Below are positions 18,784 to 27,859 of a stretch of DNA of 64,000 nt, in pieces. The translations under genes were made by a program, and so were the position numbers. Origin of the DNA: Candidatus Lustribacter sp. (GTDB lineage: Bacteria; Vulcanimicrobiota; Vulcanimicrobiia; Vulcanimicrobiales; Vulcanimicrobiaceae); the NCBI GenBank assembly GCA_965277805.1, contig OZ255842.1, positions 1,216,001 to 1,280,000 of the forward strand, written 5' to 3'. Numbering within the stretch: the first letter of the stretch is position 1; the number at the start of each line of letters is the position of its first letter. The notes under the pieces are model-generated. The model saw only the letters and a program-made list of their open reading frames with translations, did not search any database and was not told the DNA's origin.

Positions 18784-19131
18784 ATGTATACAGACGAAAC
18801 CCTCAACTGCGTTGATTGCAACGCACCTTTTACCTTTAGTGCGGGCGAACAAGAGTTCTTCGCAGCGAAGGGCTTCACGAACAAACCCAACCGTTGCCCC
18901 GATTGCCGCGCGGCCCGCAAGGCCCAGCGTGCAGGCGCCGGCGGCGGCGGCGGGAGCTACTCCGGCGGCGGCGGCTACGGCGGCGGCGGCGGAGCGCGTC
19001 CCCAACGCGAGATGTTCGAAGTGACTTGCAGCAACTGCGGCGGAAAGGCCACCGTGCCGTTCCAACCGCGTGGCGACAAGCCGGTCTACTGCCGCGATTG
19101 CTTCCAATCGCGTAGCGGTTCGTACCGCTAA
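18784..19131 (+). CDS. Zinc-ribbon / CxxC-x17-CxxC domain protein with Gly-rich linker
   Basis: CVDC...FSAGEQEFF...PNRCPDCR; CSNC...VPFQPRGDKPVYCRDCF; GGAG SD upstream. Confidence 0.92.
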   Translation: MYTDETLNCVDCNAPFTFSAGEQEFFAAKGFTNKPNRCPDCRAARKAQRAGAGGGGGSYSGGGGYGGGGGARPQREMFEVTCSNCGGKATVPFQPRGDKPVYCRDCFQSRSGSYR

Positions 19132-19157
19132 GTTCTCGCCGAACGGCGAAAGCAGCG

Positions 19158-19195
19158 AAGGGCCCGTCTCACTCCGGTGAGCGGGCCCTTTTCTT
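19158..19195 (+). terminator. Rho-independent terminator between convergent genes
   Basis: AAGGGCCCG..CTCAC-TCCG-GTGAG..CGGGCCCTT plus T tract. Confidence 0.8.
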
Positions 19196-19901
19196 ATTCC
19201 GCCGACAACGCGCGCACCGCAGCCTCGACCTGCGCATTCGCCGGATCGTACAACGCCTCTCCAAACCGCGCCACGATCGACCAATTGTCGTCCCGAGCAA
19301 AGCGCCGTGAGCCGCGTCGTCGAGAGACCGCCACGAGCGCATACTGAAATCCCAGCGGTACGACAGCCACGCGCACGCCGGCTTCACGCTGCGCTAAAGC
19401 AATGATCCGTTCGTAGCCGCGTTCGAACGGCAGAAACGCATCGTCGCCGGCTTTACGCGCGAACGCCGGATCGACGTTCGGATAACCTTCGGGAAACACG
19501 GCGACGACGCGGCCCGCGCGCAACAGACCGACCGCCTCGCGCACACCGCTGCGCGTGTAGCGCGCCAGCTCGCCGCGATCGTATCCGCCGCGCTCGCCGA
19601 GCGTCGCCGCGCGCAGCACGATCGGCCACTGCACGGCGCGGCACGCGCGTTCCATCCAGCGTCGCTGCGTCGCATTCTCGGTCCAATCCAAGCCGACCAC
19701 GATGTGCACGGGCCGCGGCACGTAGCGTACGAGCACCGCGCCATCGAGTAGGTGGTGGAAGTGCCGCGCGACGATCATCACCGGTCCGGCGGATGGAATG
19801 TGTCCGAGCCCTTCGACGCGTACGGCGCCGGCTTGCGTCGCCAGCGCCCAGCGCGCGATCGCCGCGGTGCCGATCGTGCCCCACGGCGGATAACGCGTCA
19901 C
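19194..19901 (-). CDS. PlsC-like acyltransferase (possible carotenoid-glycoside acyltransferase)
   Basis: ARHFHHLLDG (HxxxxD) and VFPEG; GTG start overlaps the cruF-like stop. Confidence 0.82.
   Translation of the reverse strand: MTRYPPWGTIGTAAIARWALATQAGAVRVEGLGHIPSAGPVMIVARHFHHLLDGAVLVRYVPRPVHIVVGLDWTENATQRRWMERACRAVQWPIVLRAATLGERGGYDRGELARYTRSGVREAVGLLRAGRVVAVFPEGYPNVDPAFARKAGDDAFLPFERGYERIIALAQREAGVRVAVVPLGFQYALVAVSRRRGSRRFARDDNWSIVARFGEALYDPANAQVEAAVRALSAE
19286..19329 (+). repeat. Degenerate long-form REP-like element, in frame inside the acyltransferase
   Basis: TGTCGTCCCGAGCAAAG...TCGAGAGACC versus TGTCATCCCGAGCGAAGACGAGGGACC at 29302. Confidence 0.6.
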
Positions 19902-20725
19902 GCGCGCGAACGGCGCGCGCCGGCGAAGGCGAACGCCGCCGGCAGCAAGCTCACGAGTATGGCGGCGATCGCGGTCGGCCACATGCCCGCCGCCACGCTG
20001 AGGATCATCGACCAGACGATGTTGATCGCATACACCGTGTACGGAACGGCCGGCGAGATCGCGGGCGCGCGGCGTTCGTTCCACGCCAGCCGTCCCACGG
20101 TGATGAAGATGAGGCCGGTACCGAACCAGCCGGCGAGATTGCGCAACGGCATCCCGAAGTACGGCCCCGTTTCGTGCCAGACCCAGAAGTGGATGTATTG
20201 CAGGCTCGGCGCGGCCATCGACGGATCGAGCACGAGATCCCAACTCACGAGCAGCCACGTTCCGAGTAAGACCGACCATACGATGCGGCCGGCGACGATC
20301 GCATCGGCGAGGATCAGCGACGCGAATCCCATGTAGAACCACGACAGGGGAATCGCCGCCGGTACGCGGCCGAGCAATTTCGGCCCGAGAAAATTCGTGT
20401 ACTCGTAGCCGCCGAACGGCCAGCCCGTTTTCGTGCCGGTCAGCTCGGCCGTGGCCGAAATGATCGTGGCGGCGCAGAAGAAGAGCAGCGTGCGGCGCGC
20501 GCCGAGTTTCCAGCAGCCGAAGGCAAGCATCGCGGCCGTGCCGAGGAAGATTCCCGTTCCGCCGGTGTTGGTTATCGCCGATGCGTAGAACGACATCGCG
20601 GGCACATTACCGGCAAAGAGCTGGGGATGCGGGATCGCAACGAGCAGTCCGAACAGACCGAAGATCATCGCGAGCCCGTGCAGCACGACGAGACTCCAGG
20701 TGATGATCCCGCCGGCGCGCGTCAC
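19898..20725 (-). CDS. cruF: Carotenoid 1',2'-hydratase, CruF family
   Basis: AELTGTKTGWPFGGYEY, VPAAIPLSWF, WDLVLDP, YFGMPLRNLAGW. Confidence 0.85.
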   Translation of the reverse strand: MTRAGGIITWSLVVLHGLAMIFGLFGLLVAIPHPQLFAGNVPAMSFYASAITNTGGTGIFLGTAAMLAFGCWKLGARRTLLFFCAATIISATAELTGTKTGWPFGGYEYTNFLGPKLLGRVPAAIPLSWFYMGFASLILADAIVAGRIVWSVLLGTWLLVSWDLVLDPSMAAPSLQYIHFWVWHETGPYFGMPLRNLAGWFGTGLIFITVGRLAWNERRAPAISPAVPYTVYAINIVWSMILSVAAGMWPTAIAAILVSLLPAAFAFAGARRSRA

Positions 20726-21867
20726 GGTTTGTTCTCAGCGAGCACGAGCTCGCGGCCGCGCCACGTATGCCGCCGGCGCAAGGTCGATGCGAAGAGCGCG
20801 CCCGCGACCGGCAGATCGGCCAGCGGCGAGAGCCAGTACGTCCACGGTTTCGCAACGTACGCGCGCGCGGCGCCTGCCAGCACGCCGATGCGCACGCACA
20901 CGAGGATCGCGGCGACGTCGAACGTGAGCGAGGACGTCGCCCCGGCGATCGCCAGCGCAATAGCGAGCGGCACCGGCGCAGCTTGCACGAGCAGCACTTC
21001 AGCCAGACCCAACCAGCCGCCGAACGGCGCGAACTGGTCGCGCAACGTGAGCGAGCGCGGCCAGTTGCGCCACGTTTCGGCCGCCGTATCGTACATCTGC
21101 ACGCTCACGAGTTCGCCCGCTTCATAGAAGCCCACCGGCGTGCCGCCGGCGACGAGCGCGCGCGCCAGCGTGACGTCTTCGCAGCGCGATGTCCGCACGC
21201 TGGCGAACGCGCCCTTCGCGATGAGCAGCGCGCGTTCGGCGAGAAAGCACTGGCCGCTGGCTTGCACGTCGGCGACGCGTCGCGCTTCCCGGCCCGGTAA
21301 GCCGAAGCGGTAGACGAGCGTCGCCAGCATCGACGGATGCACGACCGCCATCAGCGGCGTGCCGAGCAGTTGACGAACCGCAACGCTCAGCACGGCGATC
21401 TTGCGGCGTTGCGCGTGCGCTACCATCGCGGCGATCAGCCCGGCGGCCGGGCGCACGTCGGCGTCGATCGTCGCGATCCACTTCGCGCGTGCATCGGACG
21501 CGCGCAAGCCGGCGTCGAGTCCCCACGCTTTCCCGTTCCAGCCGTCCGGGACCGGCGACGCATCGATGACGCGCACGCGCGAACCGGGCGTCGCGAAGTC
21601 GCGCAGCACCGCGATCGTTCCGTCGCGCGAGCCGCCGTCGACGACGAGGATCTCGCCGACCTCGGGACCGGCGCGCAACAGACCGTGCAAGCACGGCGCG
21701 ATGCGCGCGGCCTCGTCGAGCACGGGCACGATCACGCTCACGCTGCCGCCCGGCGGAGCGGTCTGCACCGGAACGATGCGTGTCGCACGCACGCCGCGCA
21801 GCATCCGCACGATGACGGCCGCGCCGAACGCGCCGAGGACGATCGCGCACGCGACGTCGGTGAACAT
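20722..21867 (-). CDS. GT2 glycosyltransferase (carotenoid glycosyltransferase CruG/CruC-like)
   Basis: VSVIVPVLDE, VVDGGSRDGT, PDGWNGK, IDADV, EDVTLAR; coupled to cruF. Confidence 0.85.
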   Translation of the reverse strand: MFTDVACAIVLGAFGAAVIVRMLRGVRATRIVPVQTAPPGGSVSVIVPVLDEAARIAPCLHGLLRAGPEVGEILVVDGGSRDGTIAVLRDFATPGSRVRVIDASPVPDGWNGKAWGLDAGLRASDARAKWIATIDADVRPAAGLIAAMVAHAQRRKIAVLSVAVRQLLGTPLMAVVHPSMLATLVYRFGLPGREARRVADVQASGQCFLAERALLIAKGAFASVRTSRCEDVTLARALVAGGTPVGFYEAGELVSVQMYDTAAETWRNWPRSLTLRDQFAPFGGWLGLAEVLLVQAAPVPLAIALAIAGATSSLTFDVAAILVCVRIGVLAGAARAYVAKPWTYWLSPLADLPVAGALFASTLRRRHTWRGRELVLAENKP

Positions 21868-21966
21868 CGCACCTGCGTACCGTCCCGCGGCGGGCAGCCC
21901 CTTCGTGGGCGGCACATCTTGCCGGCGCCCGGGCCGGAGGGATCGCATTGTCGAATGGTCGGGGTA

Positions 21967-23784
21967 ATGACGGTCGAGGCGGGCGTGGTGTCGGATGCGC
22001 TCAAACGGTATTTCGGGTTCGACGCCTTCCGGCCGCTGCAAGAAGCCATCGTCGGCGATGTGCTGGCCGGCCGCGATGTGTTCGCGCTGTTGCCCACCGG
22101 CGGCGGCAAGTCGCTCTGCTATCAGCTGCCCGCGCTGCTCTCGCCCGGCATCACGGTCGTGATCTCGCCGCTCATCGCGCTGATGAAAGACCAGGTCGAC
22201 GCCCTGACGACGGCCGGCATCGCCGCGACGTTCCTCAACTCCTCGCTCGAATACGACGAGGTGCGCGAGCGCATCGACGGTTTGCGGCGCGGCGATTACC
22301 GCTTGCTCTACGTTGCGCCCGAACGCCTCGCGATGCCGTCCTTTGCGGCCGAACTCGCGACCCTGAACGTCACGCGGTTCGCGGTCGACGAAGCGCACTG
22401 CATCAGCGAGTGGGGCCACGACTTCCGGCCCGATTACCGGCGTATCTCCGATCTGCGTCAGCGCTTCGCCGGCGTACCGTTTCTCGCGTTCACCGCCACC
22501 GCGACCGACCGCGTGCGTGCCGATATCGTCGAACGCCTGGCGTTGCGCGATCCGGCCGTGCACGTCGGCAGCTTCAACCGTCCGAACCTCACCTATCGCG
22601 TCACGCGCAAGAAGCGCAGCCCCGAAGCGCTGATCGCGTGGCTCGAAGCGCGGCCGGACGACGCCGGCATCATATACGTCGGCAGCCGCGCCGCCGCCGA
22701 CGACCTCGCGGCGAAGCTGAAGAAGGCCGGCATCGCCGCGCTGCCCTATCACGCCGGGCTCGACGCCGCCAAACGCTCGAAGCATCAGGAACGGTTCATC
22801 CGCGACAAGGCGCGCGTGATCTGCGCGACCGTGGCGTTCGGCATGGGCATCGATAAGAGCAACGTGCGGTTCGTCGTGCACTACGATCTTCCCAAGAGCG
22901 TCGAAGGCTACTACCAAGAGACGGGACGCGCGGGCCGCGACGGCGTGCCGGCCGAGTGTTTGCTGTTCTTCAACCACGGCGACGTTGCCAAGTTCGAGCG
23001 GTTCATCACGGAGAAGGAGAGCGAGGCCGAACGCGACGTCGCGCGCGCGCAGCTCGAGCGGATGACGCGCTATGCGTATTCCAACGACTGCCGCCGGCGC
23101 GATCTGCTGGCGTACTTCGGCGAAGCGTTCACGGAGCTGAACTGCGGCGGGTGCGATAACTGTCTGGAACCGCGTCCGGCCGTCGACGCGACCGAAGCGG
23201 CGCAGAAACTTCTGTCGTGCATCGAGCGCATCCGGCGCTCGTCCGGATTCGGCGTCGGCATCACGCACGTGATCGACGTGCTGCGCGGCGCCGAGAACGA
23301 CAAGATCTGGCGCTGGAATCACGAGCGCCTGACGACCTACGGCATCGGCAAGGATCGCAGCGCGCCGGCGTGGCGCGCGCTGGCCGACGAACTCATCCGG
23401 CTCGGCTACGTCGCGGTCGACGCGCTGCACTTCAACACGGTGTCGGTCACCGCGACGGGCCGCGCGGCCTTGATCGAACGCACGCCGATCGTGGTGCGCG
23501 AGCCGCCTCCGGCTGCCGAGCGCGGCCGCAAGCGTGCGCCGAGTGCGGCTGCCGACGGACCCTACAACGCCGAAGTCTTCCGGGCACTGCGCGATTTGCG
23601 TAAAGAAATTGCCGACGAACGCGACGTCCCGGCCTACGTCGTGTTCAGCGATGCGGTGCTGCGCGCGATGGCCCGCGAACTGCCGCGTACCCCCGCGCAA
23701 TTGCGTAAGATCAGCGGCGTCGGGGAAAAAAAGCTCGCCGACTTCGGCACCCGTTTCCTCGAGGTCATAGCTTCCTCTACATAG
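21967..23784 (+). CDS. recQ: ATP-dependent DNA helicase RecQ
   Basis: PTGGGKSLCYQ, VDEAHCISEWGHDFRP, QETGRAGRDG, Zn/RQC and HRDC domains. Confidence 0.96.
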   Translation: MTVEAGVVSDALKRYFGFDAFRPLQEAIVGDVLAGRDVFALLPTGGGKSLCYQLPALLSPGITVVISPLIALMKDQVDALTTAGIAATFLNSSLEYDEVRERIDGLRRGDYRLLYVAPERLAMPSFAAELATLNVTRFAVDEAHCISEWGHDFRPDYRRISDLRQRFAGVPFLAFTATATDRVRADIVERLALRDPAVHVGSFNRPNLTYRVTRKKRSPEALIAWLEARPDDAGIIYVGSRAAADDLAAKLKKAGIAALPYHAGLDAAKRSKHQERFIRDKARVICATVAFGMGIDKSNVRFVVHYDLPKSVEGYYQETGRAGRDGVPAECLLFFNHGDVAKFERFITEKESEAERDVARAQLERMTRYAYSNDCRRRDLLAYFGEAFTELNCGGCDNCLEPRPAVDATEAAQKLLSCIERIRRSSGFGVGITHVIDVLRGAENDKIWRWNHERLTTYGIGKDRSAPAWRALADELIRLGYVAVDALHFNTVSVTATGRAALIERTPIVVREPPPAAERGRKRAPSAAADGPYNAEVFRALRDLRKEIADERDVPAYVVFSDAVLRAMARELPRTPAQLRKISGVGEKKLADFGTRFLEVIASST

Positions 23785-23827
23785 GGTCCGAGGGGATTCC
23801 AAGGCTCGCGTGTCAGGATAGCGCTCA

Positions 23828-26800
23828 ATGATGACGCGTCTGCGCCTAATTTTTGCTGCTTGTCTTGCCGCTGCGTGTCTCGTGGGCGGACTGCGCGCAG
23901 CCGCGTTCGCGCAATCGAGCGAAAACACGGGCATTATTCAGATCACGGTCAAGAGCGCCGATAGCCAGGCGCTGCTGTCCAACGCGCGTGTGTTCTTGCT
24001 CGGACCAAGCGTCGCGAGCGCGTTGACGACCCGCAGCGGCGTCGTCAAATACACCGACGTCGCGAGCGGCATCTATCGCGTACGGGTCAACAAGCCGGGT
24101 TTCCGCAACAGCACGTCGTCGGCGTTCGAGCTGCTCGGAAACAAGGAAGTCGACGTCGACGTGATGCTCGGTTCGAACGAGTCGACCCAAACCGCATCGA
24201 GCGACGGCTCCGACAACGGCATGAAGATCATCGGCCGCGTCACCGCGCGCGTGACCGTGTCGACGCACGACGTCGACGAAGACAGCGCGGTGCGCCGCAT
24301 TTCCGACTCGCTGGTCGACGCGCTCAATACCGTGGCCGGCGTCGACGTTACGCAGTCGTCCAACGATCCGGATTCGCCGCAGACGATCTCGCTGCACGGA
24401 CACGACGAATCGCAGACCGCGGTCACGCTCGACGGCATCCCGCTCTCCGCGCCCGGCACCGCGGCCAACCTGCGCGGCATCAACACCGATCTCTTCACCG
24501 GCGCGAGCGCGAGCTTCGGCGCGCGCGCGGGCGCACTCGGCGGCGGGGTCAACTTCACCACGCTGCAGCCCACCCAAACCTGGCAGTATCGCCTCAACGC
24601 CGCCGGCGGATCGTTCGATAAGTACAACTGGTCGCTCGGCGCCACCGGCTCGGTCGGCAAACTCGGCATCGCGGTGCTCTCGACCAAACGCGGCGGCAAC
24701 AACCCGCTGACGTTCCAGCAGTACCTCGATCAGAGCGGCGTCGACTACGCCCACGGCGGCGAGAGCTCGAACACGGGCGAGTTCATCAAGCTGCGCTACG
24801 GATTAACCGACAACACGACGCTCGTGCTCACAGCGCTCGAGAATAATCAGGCCATCTCGTCGCTGTGCACGCAGGACACGGGCACGCTGCCGTGCGGCAT
24901 CGGCCCCGGCAACGGGTCCACCTCGAAGTATCAGTTCGTGTACGGCACGGTGCAGTCGCTGGTCGGCCAAGTCGCGGTTCAGGCCACCGGCTACATCACA
25001 TCGCAAACCGGGCTGACGAACGACCTCACCCGGACGATCGACGAGTGCGTCGGCGCGCTCGTGCCGTGTCCGGTCGCCGAACCGTTCGCGACCGGCACCA
25101 ATTCGCTCACGCGCGGCATCGCAACGCAAGGCACGATCAGCAAAGACAACCACACGATCACCCTCAACGCGACGACGTTCTCGGCGCAGACCACGTTCAA
25201 CCCGCTGGTGACTTCGGGAACGAGCAGCCTGATCACCGGCTCGATTAACGGCGTTTCAGCATCGACCTACGCGCTGCAAGATTCGATCAAGGTCAGCAAT
25301 CGCGTCACCGTCGGACCGACGCTTTCGCTCGCATCGACGACCGGTGCCGGCACGTCGGTTTTGGTCGGCTTCAGCGGCGATTGGCGGCCCAACGATTCGG
25401 ATGACATCACGCTTTCGGCGTCGCTCGGCTCGTCGCAACCCGCGCCGCAGGTCGTGCGAAGCTTCAGCGATCCGCAGTCGGCGCGCGTCAATTGCGCCGG
25501 CGGCACCGCACAGATCAGCGGCCCCGGCGATCTCGCCACCGCGCAGTCCGCGATCGACTACCAAGCCGGCTGGACGCACCAGTGGAAGTTCGGCTACCTG
25601 AGCACCGACGTCTACCGGCAAACGCAAGCCGGTCAGCTCGTGTCGGCAACGCTTCCGGCCGCGGCCGGCGGCGTGCCGCCCGACATCTTCAGCGCGGTGC
25701 AGCAGTACTACGCCGCGGTTTGCCCCACGGCGCTCGCGCCCGGCAGCGTGTACGTCAGCGAGCCGGTCAACGGCACCAACCGTCTCTATCAGGGCTACGA
25801 CATTACGGCGCGGCTCGCGCTCGGTAAAGACGTCACCGCGATCCCGTCGTACTCGACCAACATTTCGGAATACACGGCGGCCGATCCGATCTTCACCGGC
25901 ACCGGCAGCACGCTGATTCTCAATTCGCAGATCTACGGCCGCCCGATCCACAAGGGCAACTTCACGCTCGACGCATTCCATCCGCCGAGCAATCTCGAGT
26001 TCATCGTCAACGCGCAGTATGTCGGCGTGAACAACTCGCAGCATCTTGCGCCGTACGTGAACTTCAGTTTCGGCATCACGCACCCGCTCGGCATCGGGAT
26101 GCTCACGCTGTTTGAAACGAACGCCTTCAACAACCAAACGGCGCTGTTCTCGACGATCAACGGCGCGCAGCCCCAACCGCTCGTCGGCGGCGGCTACTTG
26201 CTGGTGGCGGCGAACCCGTTGCCGCCGCGCACGTATCAGATCTCCTATTCGATCAACACCGGCGCGCGCAAGGGCGCCGGCTATGCGACCGGCGCGCGCA
26301 AAGGGGGCGCGCTGCGCGCGCAAGCGCAATCCGCGGCGAGTCCGGCGCCGAATGCCGCGCGCGGCGGGGCGGGTGGCTTCATCGCCGCGCTCGGGTTTGG
26401 ACAACTGCACTTCGTCGCGCCGCCGTTCAGCACGTCGACCTTGGCGGTCGCGACCGGCCGTCCCGAATGCACGGCCGATTTGCAGTCGCTCGCGACGGCC
26501 GCGCTCGCGCAAATCGGCGCGGCTGCGAGCGCGTATGCGGCCGGCACGACGCCGTTACCCGAGGTCACGGGAATCACCCTGACGCCGCACGGCGAGCCCT
26601 CGGGCACATGGTACTTTGCAATCAGCCCGAACATCCCGCGCGAACTCTTTCCGCGTCCGGCCGGCGCCGGAGCCGGCGGCAACAACGGTCCGCGACCCCC
26701 GCGTCCCGGCGGTTTCGGTGGACCCGGTGGTGGTGGTCCGCCGCCGACGTTCCAATCGCAGATCACCGTCGCGCCGAATGCGAACCCGAACGCGAATGCT

Positions 26801-27118
26801 TCTCCTCGGCCGGTGCTGACGCCGAGCCCGGCGCTGATCGCCGCGCTTCAGCCGTTCAAGGCGCTGATCTCGTGCGCGTACGCCACGGTGCTGATGCCGG
26901 ACGACGCCAAGTCGCGCGGTTTCGACGTCCCCGCGCCCGGCGTTCCGGGCGCACGGCCGTCGCCGCCGCCCAGTCCGGCTCCGGGCACGAGCCCCGCGCC
27001 GCGCACTCCGCGAGCCGGCGGGGGTGCCGGATTCATCCAGTACGCGCCGTCGCCCGGATTCTTCGTGGTCCGCGTGCCCGACTTAGGAACTGGTGGAGGA
27101 AGCGTGAAACAACCATGA
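23828..27118 (+). CDS. TonB-dependent-receptor-like outer membrane protein with carboxypeptidase-regulatory-like N-domain and long C-terminal extension
   Basis: Signal peptide; GIYRVRVNKPGF; plug-like ISLHG...TLDGIPL...GALGGGVNFTT; beta-strand-rich body. Confidence 0.75.
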   Translation: MMTRLRLIFAACLAAACLVGGLRAAAFAQSSENTGIIQITVKSADSQALLSNARVFLLGPSVASALTTRSGVVKYTDVASGIYRVRVNKPGFRNSTSSAFELLGNKEVDVDVMLGSNESTQTASSDGSDNGMKIIGRVTARVTVSTHDVDEDSAVRRISDSLVDALNTVAGVDVTQSSNDPDSPQTISLHGHDESQTAVTLDGIPLSAPGTAANLRGINTDLFTGASASFGARAGALGGGVNFTTLQPTQTWQYRLNAAGGSFDKYNWSLGATGSVGKLGIAVLSTKRGGNNPLTFQQYLDQSGVDYAHGGESSNTGEFIKLRYGLTDNTTLVLTALENNQAISSLCTQDTGTLPCGIGPGNGSTSKYQFVYGTVQSLVGQVAVQATGYITSQTGLTNDLTRTIDECVGALVPCPVAEPFATGTNSLTRGIATQGTISKDNHTITLNATTFSAQTTFNPLVTSGTSSLITGSINGVSASTYALQDSIKVSNRVTVGPTLSLASTTGAGTSVLVGFSGDWRPNDSDDITLSASLGSSQPAPQVVRSFSDPQSARVNCAGGTAQISGPGDLATAQSAIDYQAGWTHQWKFGYLSTDVYRQTQAGQLVSATLPAAAGGVPPDIFSAVQQYYAAVCPTALAPGSVYVSEPVNGTNRLYQGYDITARLALGKDVTAIPSYSTNISEYTAADPIFTGTGSTLILNSQIYGRPIHKGNFTLDAFHPPSNLEFIVNAQYVGVNNSQHLAPYVNFSFGITHPLGIGMLTLFETNAFNNQTALFSTINGAQPQPLVGGGYLLVAANPLPPRTYQISYSINTGARKGAGYATGARKGGALRAQAQSAASPAPNAARGGAGGFIAALGFGQLHFVAPPFSTSTLAVATGRPECTADLQSLATAALAQIGAAASAYAAGTTPLPEVTGITLTPHGEPSGTWYFAISPNIPRELFPRPAGAGAGGNNGPRPPRPGGFGGPGGGGPPPTFQSQITVAPNANPNANASPRPVLTPSPALIAALQPFKALISCAYATVLMPDDAKSRGFDVPAPGVPGARPSPPPSPAPGTSPAPRTPRAGGGAGFIQYAPSPGFFVVRVPDLGTGGGSVKQP

Positions 27119-27807
27119 TGCAGCCCTCGACGCCCCCGCCCAAGGTCGCCGTCATCGACGACGAGCGCCACCTGCGCGAGATGCTCGAACTCGGCCTCGG
27201 CGAGGACGGTTTCGAGGTGCGCAGCGCCGGCGACGGTCAGGCCGGGCTCACGCTCGTGCGCGAGTGGCGGCCCGATGCGATCATCCTTGACGTCATGCTG
27301 CCCTACGTCAACGGGCTCGAGTTGCTGCCGATGATGCGCCGCGTCACCGAAGCGCCGATCCTGATGTTGAGCGCCAAGGCCGATACGGACGATCGCGTTA
27401 CGGGCTTACTGCGCGGCGCCGACGACTACATCCCCAAGCCGTTCGAGATGTCGGAACTCGTCGCGCGCCTGCACTCCGCGCTGCGGCGGCCGCGGCTCGA
27501 GCAGCCGAGCATCGTTTCGTACGCCGATCTCACCATCGACCTCGACCGGCGCGACGTCAAACGCGGCAACGATCTGATCGAACTTTCGGCCCGCGAGTAC
27601 GCGCTGCTGCTCACGTTCGTGCGCAACCCCGAACGTGTGTTCACGCGCGATCAGTTGCTCGACCTCGTGTGGGGCAGCGATCGCGACGTCGGTCCGGGTG
27701 CGGTCGAAACGTACGTCTCTTATCTGCGCGCCAAGATCGACGCGAACTTCGAACCGAAGTTGATTCGTACGATCCGGGGAGCCGGTTACGCCCTCCGCTC
27801 CCATTGA
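27115..27807 (+). CDS. OmpR-family response regulator
   Basis: VIDDE, ILDVMLP, GADDYIPKPF, IRTIRGAGY; ATG overlaps the receptor stop. Confidence 0.95.
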   Translation: MMQPSTPPPKVAVIDDERHLREMLELGLGEDGFEVRSAGDGQAGLTLVREWRPDAIILDVMLPYVNGLELLPMMRRVTEAPILMLSAKADTDDRVTGLLRGADDYIPKPFEMSELVARLHSALRRPRLEQPSIVSYADLTIDLDRRDVKRGNDLIELSAREYALLLTFVRNPERVFTRDQLLDLVWGSDRDVGPGAVETYVSYLRAKIDANFEPKLIRTIRGAGYALRSH

Positions 27808-27859
27808 CGCCTTCTCCGCGCTCGCGCGGCGGCTGACCGGCTGGTACGTCTTCGTTGCG

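Noticed and set aside
21868-23934. Apparent 1070 aa glycosyltransferase fusion
   Set aside because: The upstream part is antisense to recQ; the real GT starts near 21867
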